Shown here in pieces: positions 57,696 through 64,000 of a DNA stretch of 64,000 nucleotides. Position 1 is the first letter of the stretch; the number at the start of each line of letters is the position of its first letter. The DNA is from Candidatus Nanohalarchaeota archaeon (GTDB lineage Archaea > Nanohalarchaeota > Nanosalinia > Nanosalinales > Nanosalinaceae). The DNA lies in assembly GCA_022729235.1 (NCBI GenBank), contig JALDAJ010000001.1, forward strand, positions 352,001-416,000, in the 5' to 3' direction. Both the position numbers and the translations under genes were made by a program. The notes beneath the pieces are model-generated. The model ran no database searches and was not told where the DNA came from. It saw only the letters and a list, made by a program, of their open reading frames with translations.

Positions 57696-58122
57696 TTAGG
57701 GAGGACAGTGTTTCTTGAACCAGTCTGCTGTCAGGTCTGTTACTTTGTTCCAAGTTTCATCATAGTCATGACCTGTATCAGGAATCGGCTGTAGGTCTCC
57801 GTCCACGAGTTTCTCCACAGCTCTTCTTGACTCTTCCGGGGAGACCACCTCATCTTCTTCACCGTGGATAATACGGACAGGACATTCTATACCCGACAGG
57901 AGCTCATTCTGGTTTACTGAATTCAGTTCGTCTACTATTTCCGAGTCTATCCATATCAGCTTCCTCTTTTTCTTCAGATAACTGATACTGGGAACGACCC
58001 CACTCATCTTTGTCGCCCGTGAACCTGTGCGACACCACGACAAAAGCGTCGCTATCCGAATTCCAGTACGTTCCAACAAGCGTCTTCCTATGAATGTTCT
58101 CGAAACTTACTTTCTCCGGCAT
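57696..58122 (-). pseudogene. Alpha/beta hydrolase pseudogene (internal deletion and frame change)
   Basis: N-terminus MPEKVSFEN..VVVSHRFTGDK in one frame, C-terminus IIHGEEDEVV..TGHDY in another; GxSxG region absent. Confidence 0.8.
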
Positions 58123-58176
58123 AAAAATACTGAAGCCGGTAATAAGAAAAAGCTTCTCTTCCCAACGCTTTCTAGA

Positions 58177-58255
58177 GCTGCCCTACGGTCAGCAGCTGTG
58201 AGCGACCCCCTTAACGGGTAGGGTACATGATCGGCTGTGTTACAGGGCAGCAAAA
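58177..58255 (+). ncRNA. Probable H/ACA pseudouridylation guide RNA
   Basis: Stem gctgccct/agggcagc, pocket acggtca + gttac, upper stem with GUGA/AUGAUC K-turn-like motif, 3' AAA. Confidence 0.7.
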
Positions 58256-58262
58256 TCTTACT

Positions 58263-58514
58263 ATGACAGAGGTCTACATCAAGGTAAAACCGGGCGAGGA
58301 CGACAGGTTCAGGATAGAGTTCAAGGACTTTCCCACTATTTACCTGGAAAACGAGGCTGAAGCCGGTAGGGCGAATACAGAACTCGTGAACCGCCTGGAA
58401 CAGGTCCTCGGACAGAAACCGGGTATCGTGTCCGGGCACCAGTCCCGCAGGAAAAAGATACGTGTAGACCTCGAAAAAGAGGAGATAATGGAGAGGCTAA
58501 AAGAACATGGGTAA
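58263..58514 (+). CDS. DUF167/UPF0235 (YggU) protein
   Basis: VKPG, GRANTEL, IVSGHQSRRK; ATG at 58263. Confidence 0.88.
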   Translation: MTEVYIKVKPGEDDRFRIEFKDFPTIYLENEAEAGRANTELVNRLEQVLGQKPGIVSGHQSRRKKIRVDLEKEEIMERLKEHG

Positions 58515-59628
58515 GGTCGCCCAGAAATCGGCGAAGTACGTAATAGACGCGGAACTTGACGCTTCCGGGATAGTTGAAAAGCCGGACGTTGTAGGAGCGA
58601 TTTTCGGGCAGACAGAGGGTCTTCTTGGCGACGAACTCGACCTGAGAGAACTGCAGGAATGTGGGAGGATAGGGAGAATACAGGTTGACGTGAGTAGAGA
58701 AGGTGGCTCATCCTCCGCCACCATCAGGATTCCTTCATCTCTTGATTCCACGGATACTGCGCTTATAGCAGCTTCTCTTGAAACTATCGAACGTGTAGGT
58801 CCTACGAATGCAGATATCAAAGTCGGAGAAATCCGGGACGAACGTGTTTCCAAGCGCGACTACATCAAGAAACGGGCGAAACAGCTGCTGGAAGATCTGA
58901 ACTCGCAGTCACCCGACCACGGCAAGATAAACGAGGAGGTGAAGAAAGAGGTCAGGACGACCGAGATAACTGAATATGAGGGGTTCGAGGCAGGACCTGG
59001 AGCTGAACTCTCCGAGGAAATCGTCCTAGTAGAGGGTCGCGCTGATTTACTTAACCTGCTCAGGCATGGTGTCAAGAACGCCGTTGCGATAGGCGGTACG
59101 TCGGTCCCTGACAAACTCTCCGAACTGGTCGATGACAGGGAAGTGACCGCGTTCCTCGACGGTGACAGGGGCGGCGACCTGATACTGGAAGAGCTGAAGG
59201 AAGACGGACTGGTCTATCACATCGCGAGGGCGCCGGAGAACAAGGAGGTCGAAGAGCTTGGGAAGGAGGAAGTCCACTCACGGCTGAGAGACAGGGAGCC
59301 CGTAAAATTTGTCGAGGCAGAAGAGGTCGAAAGAGACGACGAAAAGATAACTGCGTTGCAAGAAAAACTTGAGGAACTGGTCGGAACCCGCGCAGCTCAC
59401 GCACTTGACAGTGAACTAGAGATTGTTTCGAAGATACCGGCGGGCAAACTACATGAACTAGAGAAGAATTGCCACGCAATCCTCATAGATGGAGAAATCG
59501 ACCGTGACAAGATTGATCGGGCGGAGAAACTTGATGCAGACTACATAGCAGGGATGGAGAAATCCGACATGGCGACCTCTTCAGAAGTAGAGCTGATAAC
59601 TAGAAGCGAGATGGCGGAAGTTAATTGA
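58507..59628 (+). CDS. dnaG: Archaeal DnaG-like TOPRIM protein
   Basis: DVVGAIFGQTEGLLG, VEGRAD, DGDRGG. Confidence 0.96.
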   Translation: MGKVAQKSAKYVIDAELDASGIVEKPDVVGAIFGQTEGLLGDELDLRELQECGRIGRIQVDVSREGGSSSATIRIPSSLDSTDTALIAASLETIERVGPTNADIKVGEIRDERVSKRDYIKKRAKQLLEDLNSQSPDHGKINEEVKKEVRTTEITEYEGFEAGPGAELSEEIVLVEGRADLLNLLRHGVKNAVAIGGTSVPDKLSELVDDREVTAFLDGDRGGDLILEELKEDGLVYHIARAPENKEVEELGKEEVHSRLRDREPVKFVEAEEVERDDEKITALQEKLEELVGTRAAHALDSELEIVSKIPAGKLHELEKNCHAILIDGEIDRDKIDRAEKLDADYIAGMEKSDMATSSEVELITRSEMAEVN

Positions 59629-59667
59629 TAAACTGGTTATATAAGCCGAGGCTACAGATAGAGATTT

Positions 59668-59886
59668 ATGGGCTGGGCGGAAAGACGTGTTGAAGAGTAC
59701 CAGGACGGTGATGACGCAACATGGATGGAGCTCAGAGTTTTAGAGCACGCTAACCCGGTACACCTACCTTTAGCCATTATCGGAACTGTTCTCATCGGAT
59801 ACGGGCTCTGGATGCACGACTTTCTATGGATGGGTGCCGGAGTCGGTCTTAACCTTGCAGGACACCTATACTGCTGGATAAAATAA
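59668..59886 (+). CDS. Small membrane protein
   Basis: LEHANPVH, two TMs, GHLYCW. Confidence 0.75.
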   Translation: MGWAERRVEEYQDGDDATWMELRVLEHANPVHLPLAIIGTVLIGYGLWMHDFLWMGAGVGLNLAGHLYCWIK

Positions 59887-60026
59887 GCCCCGCCCGGGAT
59901 TTGAACCCGGGACCTGTCCCTAGCTCGCTCGAAAATCAGAGATCACGATTTTCTCTGTCCTCGTTCTCTAAAAGAGAACTTGAGGCTTACGAGGGGACCG
60001 CTTTAGCCAGGCTGAGCCAGCGAGGC
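59886..60026 (-). tRNA. tRNA-Thr(CGT) with 66-nt intron at 37/38 (59922-59987); CCA not encoded
   Basis: Acceptor GCCTCGC/GCGGGGC, anticodon stem GTCCC/GGGAC, T-arm GGTTCAAATCC, BHB central helix CTCG/CGAG. Confidence 0.93.
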
Positions 60027-60158
60027 GTCTGCCAGTGAAGTTTCTTTCTGGAAGTTTTTTAACCGCTACGTGACTGGTTCGCGGAACTTTTCAAGGGCTG
60101 CTGTATAGGGAATTGATTTAAACGAGCTCTAGAAATTTCCTTGCACGGTGTATAATTT

Positions 60159-60356
60159 ATGCAGGGCAGAATAGGCGAGGTTGCTGGATATGTCTGGGAT
60201 TTCCTTGAAGACCAGGGGGATTCCTCTGTAACGGCTGTGGCGGATGCTATAGATGTTCCAAGCACGAAGGTGTACATGGCTATCGGGTGGCTTGCCCAGG
60301 AGGACAAGATAGATTTTGAAGAAGCTGGTAGAGGTCAGCGAGTCAGGTTGAAGTAG
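60159..60356 (+). CDS. Small winged-helix protein (DUF2582-like)
   Basis: IGEVAGYVW, AIGWLAQEDKI. Confidence 0.85.
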   Translation: MQGRIGEVAGYVWDFLEDQGDSSVTAVADAIDVPSTKVYMAIGWLAQEDKIDFEEAGRGQRVRLK

Positions 60357-60392
60357 CAGACTGTTTATATTTTTGAGCAACAACTGTTTTTC

Positions 60393-61349
60393 ATGGAGTT
60401 AAGAAAGGGAGCTGAGACTATAGTCGATCAATGCCTCGATATCTCTGAGAATGAAAAGGTCTTTCTGGTAAATGACGGTAACGATATGGAGCTTATCCGT
60501 GCGTTAAAAGATGTGCTTAATGAGTGGGTGAGAAACTATGAGTACTACGAGTATCCGGAACCACAGAACCATGGAACAGAGCCTCCGAAAAAAGTTGCGA
60601 AGGGTATGAGAGAATCAGATGTTTTTATCGCCCCGACGCAGAAATCGATATCACATACCAGGGCGCGTGTCAAGGCGTGTGAAAACGGTGCCAGAGGCGC
60701 CACGTTACCTGGGATAAACAAGGAAATATGGAACTCGTCTCTGAAGGCGGACTACCAGCGTGTTAAGGAGATATCAGAGAAGGTTTACGGGATTATGGAG
60801 GAGACTTCGGAGATAAGGGTCGTGACTGATTCGGGTACAGACCTCCGCTTCGATATGGATGCGGAGCATTTCCATACGGATACAGGTCTTATCCACGAAC
60901 CCGGGGAGTTCGGAAACCTTCCTGCCGGGGAAGCTGATGGAGGCGTTCTAAATGCGAGAGGCAAGCTAGTTATAGATCACATGCCGTTTGTGCCGGAGCG
61001 CAACTATGGCGGGGAACTGGTTATGGAGGGCTCAAGGATTGTTGACTGGAATAATTTGGGAGACGACTCTGAAATCGTCCAGGCGATTAAAAATGTAGAC
61101 GGTGTTAGAAACGTCGCCGAGTTCGGTTTCGGGACTAATCCTGATGCATCCATTATAGGCAACATTTTGCAGGATGAGAAGGTTCTCGGTACAGTTCACG
61201 TAGCTATAGGCGATAACACGTCTTACTTCCCTGAAGAGCACGAAAAAAGAGTTTCAAGCGATATTCACTGGGATACTTTGTGCATAGAACCTACGGTATA
61301 CTTCGACGACCGGAAGATGCTCGACAAGGGAGAACCCACGTTCCTATAA
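60393..61349 (+). CDS. Aminopeptidase (M29/AmpT-like)
   Basis: GNLPAGE, AEFGFGTN, DEKVLGTVHVAIG, HWD. Confidence 0.9.
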   Translation: MELRKGAETIVDQCLDISENEKVFLVNDGNDMELIRALKDVLNEWVRNYEYYEYPEPQNHGTEPPKKVAKGMRESDVFIAPTQKSISHTRARVKACENGARGATLPGINKEIWNSSLKADYQRVKEISEKVYGIMEETSEIRVVTDSGTDLRFDMDAEHFHTDTGLIHEPGEFGNLPAGEADGGVLNARGKLVIDHMPFVPERNYGGELVMEGSRIVDWNNLGDDSEIVQAIKNVDGVRNVAEFGFGTNPDASIIGNILQDEKVLGTVHVAIGDNTSYFPEEHEKRVSSDIHWDTLCIEPTVYFDDRKMLDKGEPTFL

Positions 61350-61435
61350 ATCAGCTTCAGAGGATTTTATCCGGATTTTAGGTTATGAAAATAGAGATAA
61401 TAAGATTTATAAACGAAGCTAAGCCCATTAAATCT

Positions 61436-61666
61436 ATGTCAAAAGACGAATCAAGCTCTGAATCTGGAGCAAAGCCTCCATTATTCCACAATAGAAACCA
61501 GGGAGTTACTCTCTGGGCTGAAACCGACAAAAATGGTAATACTTTCTTAAGAGTAAATCTACCCCTGAATTTAGGCAGTATTCCTGTGTTTGTTAACGAC
61601 TCGGGATACAAGGCTCTTAGGGATGAATTCAACGATTTCACGGAGAACCTTGAGCTGGAGAGCTGA
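61436..61666 (+). CDS. Hypothetical protein
   Basis: TTTATAAA about 25 nt upstream of ATG 61436; beta-rich LWAETDKNGNTFLRV segment. Confidence 0.65.
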   Translation: MSKDESSSESGAKPPLFHNRNQGVTLWAETDKNGNTFLRVNLPLNLGSIPVFVNDSGYKALRDEFNDFTENLELES

Positions 61667-61939
61667 AGTACAGGTAGGACTACTTGTAAATGAGCGCCCG
61701 GTGACGGTGTGTTAAAGCGTCTTCTTGGGCGTTCAACAGTAAGTTTTTATAACAGTTGTATCTTAACTCTGGTTTGATGGCAGCCCTTTCATGTTCACAG
61801 CTAACAACCTTTGAGTCCGTGAAGGTAGAGGCAGGGTTGCCGAAGTTTCTGCTGAATATTATTGGGACCAAGTTTAAGCTGTAGATAGGTCCCGGAGCCG
61901 CTTCACCTACAACCTGTTTTTACAGGTGTTCTCTGCATC

Positions 61940-62740
61940 ATGGTTCTGGATGATTTAACTGACGGCGCTTCACGGCATTTATACGATTTCTACGATGAAG
62001 GAACGCGCAAACTGGTCTTCATACTCTGTCTACCTATAATCGATGGAGTGTTCCCTGCCTTACTTGTTACAGGTGCAGTAGCTACCTTTTCAGACATGGT
62101 AGCGGTAGCTCTAACAGTATTCGCGGGCGCAGGAGCGTTAGCGATAATCTACTCTTACGCGGAGAACATCAGGGAGGCGAAGAGGATGGTGTTAAAGGCG
62201 TCGATACCGCTCCTTCTTGGAGCTCTAGCCGTAGCTCTGATCGCTCCTGTGTACAGCGAGTTGTTCCATGTTGAACGGCTTAAGTACGCGGCAGGACTCG
62301 CACTGCTTGTTATAGCAGGCCATCTCGCAGGTATAGATCTCGCGGAAAAATTCTCGACGCCAGCGATAATACTTACGGGGATGGTTTTATCTGTCAGGAA
62401 TCCTGGTGTATTGACATTCAATCTTGGTTATGTTGCGCCGGCGTTGATAACTACTGTTACAGCTATAGCCGGTCTCTATGCTGCGTCCTACCTGACGAAC
62501 ATGGAGATGAATCTGTCTTATGTGAGGAGAGGTGCAGCTGTAGTTCTAGCGTTAATCGCGATATCTCTCTTCGGCTATGACCTGCCTTCAGAACTCAGTC
62601 TCGCGGTTTTCGCAGTCGCATTAGTTGCGGCTCTGGAGACTAGAAGCGTTTTACCTCGACTTCGAAGTTTCCTTTCTCCTTCAGTCTCTCCGCAAGTTTC
62701 ACGACTAGTCTCTCCCGGAAAGGACGGAAAGCTAGGCTGA
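61940..62740 (+). CDS. Multi-TM membrane protein (DUF5794-like)
   Basis: LCLPIIDGVFPAL motif, about 8 TMs. Confidence 0.75.
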   Translation: MVLDDLTDGASRHLYDFYDEGTRKLVFILCLPIIDGVFPALLVTGAVATFSDMVAVALTVFAGAGALAIIYSYAENIREAKRMVLKASIPLLLGALAVALIAPVYSELFHVERLKYAAGLALLVIAGHLAGIDLAEKFSTPAIILTGMVLSVRNPGVLTFNLGYVAPALITTVTAIAGLYAASYLTNMEMNLSYVRRGAAVVLALIAISLFGYDLPSELSLAVFAVALVAALETRSVLPRLRSFLSPSVSPQVSRLVSPGKDGKLG

Positions 62741-63026
62741 CCCCGATCAGGTCAGTTACAATACCGGGGCTGATAAGCATAAGCCCTGCGGCTAGAAGTA
62801 TGGTGGTCTCCAGGAAGTTACGTGATACTTCTCTCAGGGTTACAGAGGAGCCCAGTTTACTCAGTACGAACCTTATCTCCCGTCGAGCTATCTCTGCGCC
62901 TATAACGCCAGTTACAAGTATGAGGGCGACTGTCCGCCAGAAGCCGATGGCGGAGGATATCTCGATAAGAACCAGTATATCTATGAACGGTAGTGCTAGA
63001 AGCGCCAGGAGTAGGTAGCGGAGCAT
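62640..63026 (-). CDS. fxsA: FxsA-family membrane protein
   Basis: LPFIDI, TGVIG, LISPGIVTD; ATG at 63026. Confidence 0.85.
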   Translation of the reverse strand: MLRYLLLALLALPFIDILVLIEISSAIGFWRTVALILVTGVIGAEIARREIRFVLSKLGSSVTLREVSRNFLETTILLAAGLMLISPGIVTDLIGVSLAFRPFRERLVVKLAERLKEKGNFEVEVKRF

Positions 63027-63078
63027 GTGAACTGATGTGTGTCTAGGATTTAAAGATTGAAGCTTCCCAGGTTTATAC

Positions 63079-64000
63079 ATGGGTTCAGTGCCGGAAAGGG
63101 AAGAGATAGAAGACAGGTACAAATGGAGTGTTGACGAAGTTTACAGCAGTAGAGAGGAGTGGGAGGAAGAAAAGGAAGAAGTAGAAGGTTTGCTCGAAGA
63201 GATCCAGGGCTTCAAGGGGGAGGTCATGGACTCAGGAGGTAACCTGTTCGAGGTTCTCCGGCTTTACGAAGAGGTGATGAGAAAAGTAAGCAAGCTCTCC
63301 CGCTACGCCAGCATGAAGAAGGATGAAGACACCCGGGTCCAGGAATACCAGGCGCTTTACTCCCGGACCAAATCTCTGTCTTCAAAGGCTGGCAGCGCAA
63401 CAAGTTTTATCGAGCCTGAGATACTTGAGGCAGGTAGGACGAGGATCAACGAACTGGCCAGTAAGAATAAGGACCTGGAGAAATATGATCACTACCTTGA
63501 CGAAGTTCTCCGGCTGGAGGAGCATACGCGCTCAAAGGAAGTTGAGGAAGTGCTTTCAGACCTCGGGGAAGTCCTGGGATCTGCAGGCGATATATACCAT
63601 GTCTTTTCAAATGCGGACCTCGAGTTCCCGGTCGTTGAGAAGCCGGATGGAGAGGAAGTCGAGATAACACAGAATAACCTGACGCGATTACTCAAGCACC
63701 GCGATAGAGACTTCCGGCGAGAGGTATATCACAAGCTATATGATCGGGTTTCCGAGTACAGGAACACACTAGGCTCGACGCTGGAGAATGCAGTAAAGTC
63801 GAACGTCAAGGTCGCAAGAATCCGGAACTACCAGACTGCAAGAGAGGCATCCCTGAAGAGCGACAATATCCCTGTAGAGGTCTACGACAACCTGGTCGGA
63901 ACAGTAAGGAATAATCTCGATGCTCTTCACCAGCACCTGGAGCTGAAGCAGAGACACCTTGATGTCGATAAAATCAGGATGTGGGATGTTTACATGCCCT
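63079..64000 (+). CDS. pepF: Oligoendopeptidase F (M3B), runs off the window
   Basis: Manual: MGSVPEREEIEDRYKWSVDEVY...YASMKKDEDTR...SFIEPEI...WDVYMP; not in ORF track. Confidence 0.9.
   Translation, partial: MGSVPEREEIEDRYKWSVDEVYSSREEWEEEKEEVEGLLEEIQGFKGEVMDSGGNLFEVLRLYEEVMRKVSKLSRYASMKKDEDTRVQEYQALYSRTKSLSSKAGSATSFIEPEILEAGRTRINELASKNKDLEKYDHYLDEVLRLEEHTRSKEVEEVLSDLGEVLGSAGDIYHVFSNADLEFPVVEKPDGEEVEITQNNLTRLLKHRDRDFRREVYHKLYDRVSEYRNTLGSTLENAVKSNVKVARIRNYQTAREASLKSDNIPVEVYDNLVGTVRNNLDALHQHLELKQRHLDVDKIRMWDVYMP

Noticed and set aside
58177-58255. Minus-strand resemblance to 5S rRNA (GTACCCTACCCG..TTAAG)
   Set aside because: Too short and lacks the 5S domain structure; the plus-strand H/ACA fold explains it better
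58227-58262. N-terminal extension of the DUF167 ORF
   Set aside because: Overlaps the RNA hairpin; the family-like sequence starts at ATG 58263
61779-61841. Second H/ACA guide RNA
   Set aside because: No ANA box after the stem and no rRNA target recognised; kept only as a structured leader
63323-63957. Several short ORFs at the window end
   Set aside because: Alternative frames of pepF, which starts at 63079 and runs off the window
1-64000. CRISPR array, cas genes, transposase, integrase or rRNA
   Set aside because: No regularly spaced repeats, recognisable motifs or rRNA signatures seen

Overview
Archaeal chromosomal segment with a strongly acidic proteome, compact gene packing and a cdc6-DP1-DP2 operon, most consistent with a nanohaloarchaeon (DPANN); this assignment is inferred from the sequence alone. 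Three blocks are present. (1) 1-9 kb: housekeeping and repair genes (SAMP/ThiS-like, MazG, 8-oxoG glycosylase, NAC, secDF). (2) 9-45 kb: a large surface-glycosylation region with aglB, an AglH/GPT-type transferase, a GT-C enzyme, an AglJ-like GT2, a flippase, many GT2/GT4 enzymes, epimerases, an intein-containing UDP-glucose dehydrogenase, methyltransferases, three AlkP-superfamily proteins, a CysD-like enzyme and three toxin-antitoxin modules. (3) 45-64 kb: a replication origin with ORB boxes, cdc6, DP1, DP2 (two inteins), three tandem uncharacterised paralogues, dnaG, an intron-containing tRNA-Thr and peptidases. Signals missed by the ORF track or worth follow-up: a C-terminal (R/K)LxxLGY tail shared by the CysD-like enzyme and two small RHH-like proteins beside tailless AlkP enzymes; a probable H/ACA guide RNA for 23S helix 69; a 53-nt double-hairpin insert that could be a BHB mRNA intron and resembles the tRNA intron; a histone-fold micro-ORF and an amphipathic micro-ORF beside oriC; and an RHH fused to a degenerate nucleotidyltransferase.
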